A stretch of DNA of 64,000 nucleotides from Eledone cirrhosa. Taxonomy: Eukaryota. The stretch is from assembly GCA_964016885.1 (NCBI GenBank), contig OZ024749.1:37572001-37636000 (forward strand). The letters run 5' to 3'. Each line of letters begins with the position of its first letter. Within the stretch, counting starts at the first letter, position 1. The notes under the pieces are model-generated. The model worked only from the letters and a program-made list of their open reading frames with translations. It ran no database searches and had not been told where the DNA came from. This document shows, piece by piece, positions 31,290 through 45,881 of the stretch. A program made the translations under genes and the position numbers.

Positions 31290-32748
31290 AACATCAACAG
31301 TAATAACAGCAACAATAACAATAACATCTACAACAACAGTAATAACAACAACAATAACAGCTACAACATCAGTAATAACAGCAACAATAACAGCTACAAC
31401 AACAGTAATAACAGCAACAATAACAGCTACGACAACAGTAATATCAGCAATAATAACAGCTACAACAACGGTAATAACAGCAACATAAACATCTACAACA
31501 ACAGTAATAACAGCAACAATAACAGCTACGACAACAGTAATAACAATAACAATAACAGCTACAACAACAGTAATAACAGCAACAATAACAGCTACGACAA
31601 CAGTAATAACAGCAATAATAACAGCTACAACAACGGTAATAACAGCAACATAAACATCTACAACAACAGTAATAAGAGCAACAATAACAGCTACGACAAC
31701 AGTAATAACAATAACAATAACATCCACAACAACAGTAATAACAGCAACAATAACATCTACAACAACAGTAATAACAATAACGATAACATCTACAACAACA
31801 GTAATAACAGCAACAATAACAGCTACAACAGCAGTAATAACAGCAACAATAACAGCTACAACAACAGTAATAAAAGCAACAATAACAGCTACAACAACAG
31901 TAATAACAGCAACAATAAAAGCTACAACAACAGTAATAACAGCAACAATAACAGCTACAACAACAGTAATAACAGCAACAATAAAAGCTACAACAACAGT
32001 AATAACAGCAACAATAACAGCTACAACAACAGTAATAACAGCAACAATAAAAGCTACAACAACAGTAATAACAGCAACAATAACAGCTACAACAACAGTA
32101 ATGACAGCAACAATAACATCTACAACAACAGTAATAACAGCAACAATAACAGCTACAACAACAGTAATAAAAGCAACAATAACAGCTACAACAACAGTAA
32201 TAACAGCAACAATAACATCTACAACAACAGTAATAACAGCAACAATAACAGCTACAACAACAGTAATAACAATAACAATAACAGCTACAACAACAGTAAT
32301 AACAGCAACAATAACAGCTACAACAACAGTAATAACAGCAACAATAAAAGCTACAACAACAGTAATAACAGCAACAATAACAGCTACAACAACAGTAATA
32401 ACAGCAACGATAACATCTACAACAACAGTAATAACAGCAACAATAACATCTACAACAAGAGTAATAACAGCAACAACAGCTACAACAACAGTAATAACAG
32501 CAACAATAACAGCTACGACAACAGTAATAACAATAACAATAACAGCTACAACAACAGTAATAACAGCAACAATAACAGCTACAACAACAGTAATAACAGC
32601 TACAATAACAGCTACAACAACAGTAATAACAGCAACAATAACAGCTACAGCAATAGTAATAGCAACAATAATAACAGCTACAACAATAGTAATAACAGCA
32701 ACAATAACAGCTACAACAACAGTAATAACAGCAACGATAACAGCTACG
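31290..32748. repeat. 33-bp minisatellite (acaacaacagtaataacagcaacaataacagct)n, ~44 copies
   Basis: Regular 33-nt period; explains the 523-aa poly-V/I ORF. Confidence 0.95.
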
Positions 32749-32985
32749 ACCCAGGGGTGACTCAGATACCCCAACAATCCCGAACCACCCTGCGCTTCTA
32801 GGGCACCCAGGGAGAGCACCCCTCTCCTCAAGTTAGCTAGTCTATAGGCGCATGGTCACAGTGGCCATCAACATCAACACTGACAACAGGAAAAACAATA
32901 ACAGCATCAAGGAGAAGAAGAAGGAGGGGACGAGAAAGATGAAGAGGATAGGGGTGGGGGGAGAAGAAAGAGAAGAAAACGAAGA

Positions 32986-33041
<56 letters not shown>

Positions 33042-33134
33042 CAGTAGTAGTCAATAACAACTGCTATGACAATAAAAACCTACGATTAGCTATTAGAACT
33101 ATCATCAATCAGATTTGCAATGAATTATATGAGA

Positions 33135-33185
<51 letters not shown>

Positions 33186-33339
33186 GTAGATATATAGATG
33201 TATGTGTATACATGTAAATATATATATATATATATATAACCTCATACTGCCTGCTGGATAAGTGGAGTGTTATACACCCCTGATCCTTTCCCTAGCATAC
33301 TATATATATACATGTAGATATATAAGTATATATGTATAC

Positions 33340-33396
<57 letters not shown>

Positions 33397-33566
33397 TATA
33401 GATAGGTAAATATACACGGGTGTGTATGATTGTGTATAGAAGATTATATTAATAAGAGGAATTCCAACTTTGTCTGATTTACTCGTTTTATTTACAATCC
33501 TTTAAAATATATATAATGGTATTATAATGAAATAGTATGATAGAATATTAAATTCTAAGTGTTAAT

Positions 33567-33605
33567 TGAACAAGTACTTTCATGCTTTCGCAATCTTCAG
33601 GTTCA
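33567..33605 (-). ncRNA. Minimal hammerhead ribozyme, family I mirror copy
   Basis: Reverse complement of 33856-33894. Confidence 0.75.
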
Positions 33606-33855
33606 TGATATGTGGTGACAGTCGAGTTTGCAATTTTCAACTGTAATGAGATGGGTAAATTTCCTACCTTTTATACATTTTATACAGAGAAAAGTGGCTC
33701 CAGAATGCAAAGCCCTGTAAACTGTATTTCGACCAATCAGTGTGTAGTTTCACTGAATTACTGTAGTTTCACTGAATATAAAATGTATAAAAGGTAGGAA
33801 ATTTACCCATCTCATTACAGTTGAAAATTGCAAACTCGACTGTCACCACATATCA

Positions 33856-33894
33856 TGAACCTGAAGATTGCGAAAGCATGAAAGTACTTGTTCA
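33856..33894 (+). ncRNA. Minimal hammerhead ribozyme, family I
   Basis: tgaac-CTGAAGA-t tgc gaaa gca t-GAAA-gtac-TT-gttca; GNRA-capped stem II, palindromic stem III AGTACT. Confidence 0.75.
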
Positions 33895-34012
33895 ATTAAC
33901 ACTTAGAATTTAATATTCTATCATACTATTTCATTATAATACCATTATATATATTTTAAAGGATTGTAAATAAAACGAGTAAATCAGACAAAGTTGGAAT
34001 TCCTCTTATTAA

Positions 34013-34051
<39 letters not shown>

Positions 34052-34053
<2 letters not shown>

Positions 34054-34468
34054 GCAAAAGTTCTATTTAAAGTTGTTGGGATACAACAAGTAAATATTTT
34101 TATAACTGATATAAAGCACTCGACATGTTTTTGGAGTAGATATACGATATTAATAAATGGAAACTATATTTATAAAACCATATTTATTTATTTCTCTCTC
34201 TCCGTCTTTTTTCTTTTTCTTTCTCTCCGTCTTTTTCTAATTGTGCTTAGCACTATGACTTATTAAAACAATATAAACAAATCACTATCCAGACAGCCTC
34301 CAAAAGTAATGGTTGTATTTTAAAAGGGTACGTCAAAGCTATTTGTAAAACTGTTATATATTGTATTTTGTCTGATGAAGGCATACCATAATTTAATGTG
34401 GTATTCCTGAAATATGTATAATGAAATAAATATGGTTTTATAAATATAGTTTCCATTTATTAATATCG

Positions 34469-34470
<2 letters not shown>
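34052..34470. mobile_element. Family C fold-back element with hammerhead at 34364-34428 (+)
   Basis: tattttgt-CTGATGA-aggcataccataatttaatgtggtattcct-GAAA-tatgta-TA-atgaaata; tail-bearing arm on minus 34052-34190. Confidence 0.8.
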
Positions 34471-34502
<32 letters not shown>

Positions 34503-34528
34503 TATATACACTTACACATTTACGTGTG

Positions 34529-34561
<33 letters not shown>

Positions 34562-34911
34562 GTATGTGTGTATGTGTGTGTGTGCGTGTGTGTACATGGA
34601 GTAGAAATTCGCTCTTGAGTTTCTAATGTAATTTAAGATAGTAACATTCTCATCTCTTCTTACATCCAGGCATAATTTATAAAACTGTGAGAAACTCTAT
34701 CGTCGTCACATATTTACTGAGTTACTGTGAATACGGTAAAGGCGGTGTATGTGTGTGTGCCCGACGATCTGTGTCTGTGATTGTGCTCGTTTCTTTGTGT
34801 GTGTATGCATGTGTGTGTGTGTATGTGTGTGCTTGCATGTGTGTTTGTGTGTATGAAGAACAAGGGACAAAGTCTTAAATAAGGGAGTAATATTGATGGT
34901 ACAATATAGGG

Positions 34912-35029
<118 letters not shown>

Positions 35030-35094
35030 AAGCTCTAAATATATACACACAACTGATATTAAATAAATGTAAACTATAATTATCAAACCATATT

Positions 35095-35156
35095 TATTCT
35101 ATTATATATATTTCAAGGGTACCAAAATCTTTGGTACGCTTTCATCAGATAAAATA
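35095..35156 (-). ncRNA. Hammerhead ribozyme, family C
   Basis: Reverse complement: tattttat-CTGATGA-aagcgtaccaaa gat tttggtaccctt-GAAA-tatata-TA-atagaata. Confidence 0.75.
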
Positions 35157-35294
35157 CAAAGTGAAGTGTGTTTTATAAATTTTGACATAGCCAAGGAAAC
35201 ATACTTTATCAGTTGAATTTTCCTTGGATAGTCCTGAATCAGTTAGAAACATTTATATTTGTTGAATTTTAAACATATTAAATATCCCTTCTAC

Positions 35295-35328
<34 letters not shown>

Positions 35329-35389
35329 AATTAATAAAAATAATTATTCATTACTTTTATTAATTTATCTTGACTCTGTTTTCCTGTGT

Positions 35390-35498
35390 TTTTCATAGAA
35401 AACATTTTTAATACATCTTCTCTTTTCATGATATTTGGATTACATTGAGTTCTTCATACGGATTGGACACTACCGTATATTTTGGTAGATTTATCTAT
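35390..35498 (+). mobile_element. Family O 3' tail fragment
   Basis: Reverse-complement match to 46454-46563; ends at (TA)n. Confidence 0.75.
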
Positions 35499-35631
35499 AA
35501 ATATATATATATATATATATAGTAGAACACGAGTGACTTAAATCCGTAGCAGTATAGCAATAAGTTCATGGGTTGAGTCTGGTAGAAGTAGTTCTACAAC
35601 AGTTAGTTCGCCATTACGAATAAATATATAT

Positions 35632-35761
<130 letters not shown>

Positions 35762-35786
35762 CATGTATATATATATTTATTTATGA

Positions 35787-35878
<92 letters not shown>

Positions 35879-35937
35879 GGAGATAGATAGAGAAAGAGAG
35901 AGAGAGAGAGGAGGAGAAAAAGAGAGAGAGAGAAAGC

Positions 35938-36000
<63 letters not shown>

Positions 36001-36002
36001 AG

Positions 36003-36060
<58 letters not shown>

Positions 36061-36327
36061 CCAGTCAGATAGAGCAGGAAACAGATTTAAGTATAAAATG
36101 GTAGAACAATTGGACATATAAACACCTGCTACTGAAATATGAACCAACAGAGTGGTCTACGAGAAACGAACTCACGGCTATCATATGATTTTGTTCCCTT
36201 TCTTTCAATATTTTTGGTCTTTTGTGAAACTATGAAAAAACAAAAGGAACACATTCTCTTTTTTAATCATCAAGTGTGTTAAGATGACTCGAGGGCATGT
36301 GACTATCTTTGACGATGGCTAATAGTG

Positions 36328-36525
36328 ATGATTTCTACTATAGGGACAAGGGCAGCAATCGTGTTGGAAGGGAAAGTCGATTAAATCGAACCCCGATCAT
36401 TACTGGTACTTTATTTCATCGACTTCGTAACGATGAAAGGCATAGCAAACCTCAGCGAGATTTGACCTCAGAAAATAAAGGGCAATAACTCTATGCTGCA
36501 AAGCATGGTGTCTGACGCTCTACCG
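36328..36525 (-). mobile_element. S1 SINE
   Basis: Reverse-complement S1 core. Confidence 0.8.
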
Positions 36526-36676
36526 AAGAAGGCTAATAGTAATGTAATGATTCTGTGATTCGCCATGTTGTGGAAAGTATACAGCCAACGACGTTATTGT
36601 ACATATATCCCGAATCATGTTAATAAACAACCAGCGAAAAAATACTCAAGAGAACACACTGTGTCTTTATATATAT

Positions 36677-36817
<141 letters not shown>

Positions 36818-37129
36818 CCACCAAAGATGTTAAGAGAAGTTGAGAAACAAGCGACTGTCGTAAAGACACCATTTTCATGTAACGCTTCACTGAACAAGGA
36901 ACGACCACCACCATCATTTCATTGGTTAAATAAACAGCCAGAGAGTAGACACCTAGCCCCATTACATCCTACTCCTTTTTTTATTTCCGATGTTCTTCTT
37001 AACTTGCATCTTTATTTTTATTTTAATCTCTTTTTCTAGTTCTTCGTTCCAATATTTGACTTTTTCCCTTCGCTACCATATGATACAATACACCACTATT
37101 TTCATATCTTTTTCATCGCCATTTTATAT

Positions 37130-37217
<88 letters not shown>

Positions 37218-38173
37218 AAATGTTCTACTTATTTCGTGTTTTTTTTTACTGTTGCTGCTGTGTTGTTTGTGATATTGTTGTTAATGTTGTGCTTGTTTGT
37301 TGTTATTGATGTTGTTTTTATAGCTGTATTTTTTTTGTTGTGATATTGTTGTTAATGCCGTTGTTGTTGTTGTTATTACTGTTGCTGTTATTGCTGTTGT
37401 TTTTGTTATTGCTGTTATTTTTGTTGTCGTGATATTGTTGTTATTGCTGTTACTGTTGTTGCTATTTTTACTATGGTTTTATTTTATTTAAAGTTATTTC
37501 CCCTTGTATTTTTGTATTTTATTTTGATTATTATTTATCACTTCCTTATTTTTATTGTTATACATTGTTTGTATGTGTATATGCGTATGTGTATGTGTAT
37601 GTATGTGTGAGTTTTGTGTGTGTGTATGTAATATGTTTGTTATTGTTTTTCTTGTGCTGCTGATTGTTTCTCTACGTTTGTTTTCAGTGAAAGCCGTATA
37701 TTCTTCTGTAGGAATCTTAGTAACCATTTAATCTGATTCAATTAGAAATTGCCCCAGTATTTGCTTTCCTTTATAATAAGCTATATTTACTTAGCCAAAG
37801 AAAAAAAATCGTTGTGTAAGCCGAAACAATAATTCCAAAAGAGAGAGAGGGTGTGTGCTGTGTTGTTGCTTCTTCTTCTTCTTCTTCTTCTTCTTCTTCT
37901 TCTTCTTCTTCTTCTTCCGCCTCCCCCTCCCCCTCATCTTCCCCCTCCTCCTCCATCCTCTTCTTCTTCTCCTTCTTGCTTATTATTATTAAAAGAATTT
38001 AGTGTGATTTTCGGTAAGATATCCCACAAACAGCAGAACACGTGCTCTTTTAAGGGAACATTATAGACTATGGGCAGGGCCAAGAGGTTTCTTGGCCACC
38101 GGATTCGGAAGAGGCTTCTTAGATGATTACCTTGGGAAAGAATAGTGTATATTGTATGTATATATATATATAG

Positions 38174-38208
<35 letters not shown>

Positions 38209-38367
38209 TATATAAAAATATATTTGTGTGTATATTAAAGGATCTCAACTATAGTGTATATTATGAGAAATACCAATCTATAGTACTCATGGAGCATGTA
38301 TCAAATGAAATACGAATGTACATAATTATATTGAGCATAGTGCATATATCGAAATAAATACCAATAT

Positions 38368-38515
38368 ACCCCGAGCAAGATGATTGGATAACATCCATAA
38401 GCTTGGCTGGTCTCGCCTGTTGGAGACGGTTGCTTCTGACAGGACCCACTGGGATGAGTGTGTGAGGACTCTGCCTCCATGACCCTCTCTGGAATAAGTG
38501 CACGAAGAAGAATAT
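38368..38515 (+). mobile_element. RTE-type LINE 3' fragment
   Basis: PRAR*LDNIHKLGWSRLLETVASDRTHWDECVRTLPP*P, followed by gaagaag. Confidence 0.6.
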
Positions 38516-39212
38516 ACCTAGCTAATAAGAGCAATCACAAATTTACAGTCTAACCAAAATAAATAAACAATTAAATAAACCATTTATATAAAATATAACT
38601 AATGATTCAGACTTAATCCCATTTGGGTTTACAGAATCATTACTCGTGTTAATATGGTGCTCAGGTAAATGTTTACAGGATGACAATTATAAACGTGGTA
38701 GGAGCTATGAAAACGTATGATTGCAACAAGAGATTGTGTCCTGGGTCGCTGAGAGTCACTGGATTATACTATTATTGAGGTTTGAAAATCTTGCTCATGT
38801 TAATATGGTACTTCGGTGAAAGATTAAAAAGTGACAATTCAAAATCTGAATCAAGGGATTCATAGATACCTTGGTCACATTCCTCCCTTCACCGTACAAT
38901 TATTGGGGTTTGAAAAGGTTGCTTTGAGAATCATTGGGTCTCAGAGAATCCTTGTATCGATACAAACCATGTCGTTGTGTTTATACGATGTAGGATGATT
39001 TTCTGGAAAATTGATAGACGTGGAGTAGGGTGATGGATGTTGGCAGGGTGGGGTAACATGTGTCAAACTGGGTAGATGTGTTTAAACAATGTTGATGTCA
39101 ATGAGAACATCCACGTGTCTGTTCTTTAGGACGGAGGAGCTTATCATAGATTTATCAATTCAAAATAATATTTCCGACAAGGAGAGGAAATGTCATGGTA
39201 ATAATAATATTG

Positions 39213-39281
<69 letters not shown>

Positions 39282-39462
39282 AAACACGAAAACTTGCGCA
39301 CACAGTAATACATATATACAGCTTAAACTAAAATAAACACTTGAAGTAGGACTTAACTGCTAAACGTTCTTGATGTATCATCTTCATCCCTTTCTATTTT
39401 AATTGTCCTCCATTGAACTTGCCACCCTTACACAGAATATCCTTCATCATCATCATCATCAT

Positions 39463-39495
<33 letters not shown>

Positions 39496-39856
39496 TATCA
39501 TCATCATCATCATCATCATCATTATCAACAGCATTAACAACAATACAAGGTTCCGCTATTTACGTAGAAGATCCAGTTTACAAAAATGACACCTCTTTAA
39601 TACTCAGGGCTAGCAGTAAGTTTATCGGTGTATTTACATGTATACTCACAGAAGAACGGAAAGGTTATAGAATCACAAGTGTCACCTCCGTTACCCAACG
39701 TCACAAACATTGGTTTTAGTTTAATACATATGCTTCCATATTTCTAATGAAATACACATGTTATAGGTTCCAATTTATTTTGAAAATAATCTCAACATCA
39801 TTAAATTTGGATCAATTTAATGATATATCTAACGTTTTCATTATTAAGCTTGCAAA

Positions 39857-40282
39857 AGGCGGTGGAATGGCAGTATCGGTAGAGAGTCGGACGCCATACT
39901 TTGCAGCATAGAGTTACGGTCCTTTACGGTCTGAGTTCAAATCCTGCCGAGGTTAACTTTGCCTTTCATCCTTACGGGGACGATAAAATAAAGCACCAGT
40001 AACATACTGGGGTCGATTTAATAGACTTCCCCCCCCCAAATTACTGGCCTTGTGCCTATATACGAAACCATTATTAAGTTTGCGTAGAGCGTCGGAGAAA
40101 ATGCTTTGCAGCATTTAATTACGAACCTTTACGTTTTGAGTTCAAATCCTGCCGAGGTTAGATTTGCCGTTCGTCCATGCGGGATTCAATAAAATAGAGG
40201 ACTAGTAACGCATTGTGGTAGATTTAATCGACTTTCACATCCGCTTCAAATTGCTGGCCTTGTGTCAAAGATAGAAACAATT
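39857..40282 (+). mobile_element. Two tandem S1 SINEs
   Basis: A/B boxes and S1 core twice. Confidence 0.85.
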
Positions 40283-40890
40283 GTTAAGATGGTGTGTAGA
40301 ACATCGCTTAAATATTTTTTGAATAATTTTATGCCGGAAGTTTTTAATATAAATATGAACACCTTAAAATGGACAGATTTATATAATAAAATCAGATTCA
40401 GTTTTGAGCGAATTTGTATGAAAAAAGAAGGAACATAAGTATATCACTATTTTAAACGTGGTTGTTGGTCCGGATATATATATATATATATGTATATAAT
40501 ATTGCTTTTCTCAGAGAGATTCCACTCATTGAGATATTTAAGCATTAGATACTAATTAACCTTTAATTAATATATATATATATAAGAAAGCATAGGTGTA
40601 CGCATGGCAGTATGACTGAGAAGCTAACTTGGGAACCACCAAATTTAGTTTCCTTCCCGTTGTCTAGGATCATGAGCAAGTGTTGTCTACTGTAGTCTCG
40701 GATTCACCAGTGCACTTATAATGGAAGCTTGGTAAACGGAAACATCTGAATATCGTAATTGTGGGAAATTCGAGAAGCGAGAAAGGAACTTCAGTTTAAA
40801 ATTATATATATGTGTGTGTGTGTACATATATATATATAATTATATATATATATAATTATATATATATATAATTATATATATATATAATTA

Positions 40891-40930
<40 letters not shown>

Positions 40931-40965
40931 TATATATAAAATTATATATATATATAATATATGTG

Positions 40966-41017
<52 letters not shown>

Positions 41018-41101
41018 GACATAGATATATATATATATTCCACGCTTGGAAAACGGTACTTTTCGCTAAAGAAGAAACTTGGGCCATCTACATCAAATAA
41101 A

Positions 41102-41176
41102 ATTTCATTCTGATGAGCGATTTCTGACGTCTGTGTCGAGCTCGTCTGTCTTCGTGAAACCTTTGGTAAATGGAAT
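41102..41176 (+). ncRNA. Hammerhead ribozyme, family N copy 1
   Basis: atttcatt-CTGATGA-gcga...tcgt-GAAAC c ttt g GTA-aatggaat, then ~27 nt and (TA)n. Confidence 0.75.
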
Positions 41177-41204
41177 AATTGCCTTATGTTGTTTATTACA
41201 TAAC

Positions 41205-41341
<137 letters not shown>

Positions 41342-41396
41342 TTATTTATATATGTGTGTGTGTGTATACATATATATATATATATATATATATGTA

Positions 41397-41471
<75 letters not shown>

Positions 41472-41473
<2 letters not shown>

Positions 41474-41617
41474 CAAAGAACTAGGTGGACCATAACGCAC
41501 CAGGTTTCTCGATTTAATTTGTTGGTAATGTTCCTAGGATGGTTAGAACTGCGGTTAGTTAGGATCTAGCTGTCGAAACGGGTGGAGCTCAGCTGTCGGG
41601 GTCCTGACTATTTTCTT
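41472..41617. mobile_element. Diverged family B relative
   Basis: aggtggaccataacgcacca plus tagctgtcgaaacgggtggagctcagctgtcggggtcct. Confidence 0.65.
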
Positions 41618-41651
41618 ATATATGCATGTATATATATATATATATATATAG

Positions 41652-41728
<77 letters not shown>

Positions 41729-41732
41729 ATTT

Positions 41733-41792
41733 TTTCATTCTGAGGATTGAAAGCAACATTTTTTGCTTTTAAGAAACCACTGGTAAATGGAA
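41733..41792 (+). ncRNA. Hammerhead ribozyme, family N copy 2
   Basis: tttcatt-CTGAGGA-ttgaaagcaa catttt ttgcttttaa-GAAAC ca c tg GTA-aatggaa. Confidence 0.8.
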
Positions 41793-41817
41793 TAATTGCC
41801 TTATGTTGTTTATTACA

Positions 41818-41858
<41 letters not shown>

Positions 41859-41861
<3 letters not shown>

Positions 41862-42262
41862 GAAAAACAACCGAGGTGTCCTACACGAGTGAAAGTATAA
41901 AGAAAAAAAGATGAAATCGAAAATGCAACTGGAGTCTTATTTTAAAAAATATATATATATTTATTTGGTTCCTTTACCGGTTTCGCAGTTCTTCTGCTCC
42001 TTTTCAAAAGTAGAGTTGAGATGGAGGGTCTGTGGTTTTTCTCACATCAGATGTGAGAAAAACCACAGACCCTCCATCTCAACTCTACTTTTGAAAAGCA
42101 GTGGAACTGCGAAACCGGTAAAGGAACCAAATAAATATATATATATATATTTTAAAATAAGACTCCAGTTGCATTTTCGATTTCATCTTTTTTTCTTTAT
42201 ACTTTCAGTCGTGTAGGACACCTCGGTTATTTTTCATTTTGTAAAAAAACCTCACTTTCTAA
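41859..42262. mobile_element. Family H fold-back element (arms 41859-42048/42050-42238, tail to 42262)
   Basis: ~190-bp arms with a 1-nt loop; (TA)n flanks. Confidence 0.9.
42088..42123 (+). ncRNA. Candidate U3-A8 variant hammerhead, family H
   Basis: ctt-TTGAAAA-gcag tggaa ctgc-GAAAC-cg-GTA-aag; palindromic stem III ACCGGT. Confidence 0.5.
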
Positions 42263-42299
42263 TATATTTATATATGAGCTGAAGTGTGGTGGGTGCATA

Positions 42300-42347
<48 letters not shown>

Positions 42348-43728
42348 TCTGTTTTTCTGGTGTCTGTAGAATTTCTGTTATATTTTATATTTCCCTTCTA
42401 TTGTCATATCACTCCAGTTACTGGTAACTCTAGATAAGGCAGAATGGTTAAAAAGATGCACAATACCAATGGCAGTTCTTAGTTAAGTGTCTTCACATGA
42501 TTTGATCAAATCACGCCAGGGTGTATAAAATATATACCCAACTTATATTGAAGTTGATGTAACCGAATGTTCTACACCACCCCAGAAAGGCTGACTTCAT
42601 ACCGCAGAGTATTATGTTGCCATTCCTTATGTTATTTTAATTACGTAATTCCAAAAGTAAAATTTCCCGCTTTGCTCTGATATTTGTTTTTTTAATCAGG
42701 TTTCACATAACCATAGATTTTTTTTAGGAGACACTGTTTGATAATCTGCATAAACCCTATCGTTTCCTTGCGCTAATGTGAGTGTCTCTACATGGTTACT
42801 TTTCTTGATAGTAATAGCAGCCAGATCGTTCTCACGTCATACGTTATATTCTGTAAAATAGCACAAACTCTTTCCGCAATGAAGTGCAAGATACACTGAA
42901 TATAAGACAGGACACATTAAATAATGTAATCTTAGATTCACAAGATCTAAATAAAAGACATATAATGTAGTTCTAGATATTCTCAATACCTTACAAGGTG
43001 TGTATGAAATACAGATAATGTAGAGGTAGTTACACTAAATAAAAGACAGGACACAATGGATAATATATTCTTAGATTCACTAATTCTAAATAAAAGACAG
43101 ATCATGTAGTACCTTTTGAATCACAGGTAGACTGATATTTTAGACTAGCTGAGTGGACTGGAACAAGGTGAAATAAAATAATTTGCTCTAAGACTCTAGG
43201 TGACGTCCAGAAATGAAATTAATGAACTTGTGACCTTGACCCAAACGCCCTAACTGCAAACCCTCGTTTCTTCACGTCACACAATATTACTGGGAAGCGA
43301 AACCATACCGTTTACTTTTTTGGGGTGCGTGAGGGTGTGGAGAAACGTATTATGTTCTTATACTTGTCCACGATACGGCGCCACCAGCAATAAATAGAGA
43401 GAGAAAGAGAGATGGAGAGAAGATGAAGAAAAAGAAAAAGAGGAGAGAGAGACAAGGTAAAGGAAAAGGAAAAGGAAAAGGAGAAAGAGGGAAAGTGAAG
43501 AAAAAGGAAAAAGAAAGAGAGAGTGGGTACTCTAACAATTCGATATGGTTATTAAATTGTAGAAGAAATGGAGCATAAAGCGGCATTTTTTTGGTGACAT
43601 CAGAGAATTCGACTGAGCAGAGGTCAGACGTTAATCTGTTACATGGAAGATCAAACGAACAGTTTCACTACCGCAAGAAGAGCGAGAAATTTGGGAGGTA
43701 GTTTTTTCTACATAGCACCAGGCCAATC

Positions 43729-43759
<31 letters not shown>

Positions 43760-43916
43760 CAAATGTGTTTTTATGTACGCATATACATATGATTGTAATT
43801 CTATATATAGCGTGAATGCATACATAATGTTATTGCAATAACGCTTAAAAATTACGAATAATTACAAATATATACATTCACATTCATACATACGCACACA
43901 CACAGATATATGATCA

Positions 43917-43950
<34 letters not shown>

Positions 43951-44446
43951 CTGTATATGTATGTATATATATATATATATACACACAGACACATATTTGA
44001 GTGGGTGTGTGCGGGTGTGTGTATACGTGCGTTAGAGAGATGTATGATAAAAGGTTATATGCTGGTGTACTTCTATACGTTTTTATATGTGAGTGTGGTT
44101 GTGCATGTGTGTGTGCGGCTCTATATGAGAGTACATGTGTGTATGGGTGCGTATATATAAAAGTGCTTGTATAAATGTGTGAGTGAATGTGCTTTCGATA
44201 CAAAGAAATTCACTGAATTTGGTAAAATTATTAATGAAAATATTCAGGGTATTTTAATATGTTTACTGCCCGGGGCCTCGCTGTGGCTTTTCATGTTAGG
44301 TTCCGATGTCTGCAAAATTGTGAAAGGGATGCTGAGATGAAGCTCTTTAATTATGTGTGTCTGTTTTGTTTGTATTTGTGTGGATTATGACCTAATTTCG
44401 GTCCTTCCAATATCATACATTAAAATATTACACCAAGATAATATCT

Positions 44447-44500
<54 letters not shown>

Positions 44501-44514
44501 TATAAATATATACT

Positions 44515-44622
44515 TAGTATAGAAATGGCTTCTATATGAATAGAGCTGTTTCGTTCGAAGGAAATCATCTGCTATGTATTGAGTACCTTACTTACTGTGG
44601 TAACCCCCGATTGAACCCGGGA

Positions 44623-44628
<6 letters not shown>
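44515..44628. mobile_element. Family A degenerate copy
   Basis: ctgtttcgttcgaaggaaatcatc plus tail tgtattgagtaccttacttactgtggtaacccccgattgaacccgggataac, then (TA)n. Confidence 0.7.
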
Positions 44629-44683
<55 letters not shown>

Positions 44684-44943
44684 GTGTATATATATATATG
44701 TGTGATATATATATATATGCACACACACACACACATATATATGTGTGTGTGTGTGTAGAAAAGTACGTAGAGCATATGATGACAAATGAAATAAATGAAT
44801 GTTTTAGCAAAATATTTCATGGCTATTACCCTGTTTTCAGCTGCGAATTTGAAAACAGTCCAAGACAAACAAACGAGCGATCAGACTTTTCTACCTTAAC
44901 AGGTCTATGTGTTTGCAAAACGCATGCGTATGCGCTGGTCATC

Positions 44944-45119
44944 CATAGTAACCATTTTGCCTCGTGCATTTCTGACCTATTATTTATCCCTGGTTTAATT
45001 CGGCTGATGAAAATGGCCTCCTTAATCCTTAACTTTCCCACATTCCTTTCTGTCGCCTCTAGGCTGAGCTCAATATCCTGGTTGTAGCATCTGTCAAGAT
45101 GTTTTAACGGAATATGCTC
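44944..45119 (-). pseudogene. C-terminal remnant of a Penelope-type GIY-YIG endonuclease
   Basis: EHIPLKHLDRCYNQDIELSLEATERNVGKLRIKEAIFISRIKPGINNRSE fits the H...R.i.Ea..I...kP.iN pattern that ends PLE GIY-YIG domains. Confidence 0.7.
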
Positions 45120-45286
45120 TCATTGTAATGTGTTTCTTAATCTGTATCTGAAGCTTCCTTGTATGAGGGGGTACATTTCGTACACGTGATCCTATAGACT
45201 ATATATGCTCTCATGCGCACTTCGGCGTTGTTCATGGAACAATTAGCACGTGGTGTGCATATATAGCTGCATCAGTGTTGGTTTCT

Positions 45287-45326
<40 letters not shown>

Positions 45327-45328
<2 letters not shown>

Positions 45329-45517
45329 CGAAGGAAATGTGGTAAGGAACCAGGTGGACCATAACGCACCAAAGTACTCAATACTTAGGGTAGTAGAGTG
45401 GGTAATAGGAACAAGTAAGACCCCGACGGCTGAGCTCAAGCCGTTTCGACGGCTAATTCTGGAGTCAGAATTAGCCCTCGAAACGGCTTGAGCTCAGCCG
45501 TCGGGGTCTTACTTGTT

Positions 45518-45520
<3 letters not shown>
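45327..45520. mobile_element. Family B fold-back element
   Basis: Long plus short arm; both carry the variant acaagtaag. Confidence 0.9.
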
Positions 45521-45558
<38 letters not shown>

Positions 45559-45606
45559 TATGACAAACACTACATGTCAGAGCGTCTTAACTATAACTGA
45601 TCTGTA

Positions 45607-45638
<32 letters not shown>

Positions 45639-45790
45639 CTACGGAATCTCTCAGTTTCCCCCAGTTAATGTTATGTTAGTATCCTGTGTCTTGAACTGTG
45701 ATTTGCTTCAAGTCGGCTACAAATGGCCAAATAATTAAACACACAAAATACATAAACACACACCTCACATTCTCGCTCTCTCTCTCTCTT

Positions 45791-45881
<91 letters not shown>

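Larger units (their letters stand above)
33405..34016. mobile_element. Family I fold-back element, ~240-bp apparently perfect arms (33445-33684/33777-34016), 92-nt loop, ~40-nt tail
   Basis: Long reverse-complement match; (TA)n flanks. Confidence 0.9.

Noticed and set aside
31260-32831. 523-aa hydrophobic ORF / mucin-like Thr repeat
   Set aside because: Pure 33-bp minisatellite with no splice or domain evidence
33445-34016. Classical MITE or sequencing fold-back artefact explanation for the palindromes
   Set aside because: Ends are asymmetric (one-sided tail), junctions vary between copies, arms contain ribozymes, and most loci show arm mismatches; an artefact is not fully excluded for the perfect ones
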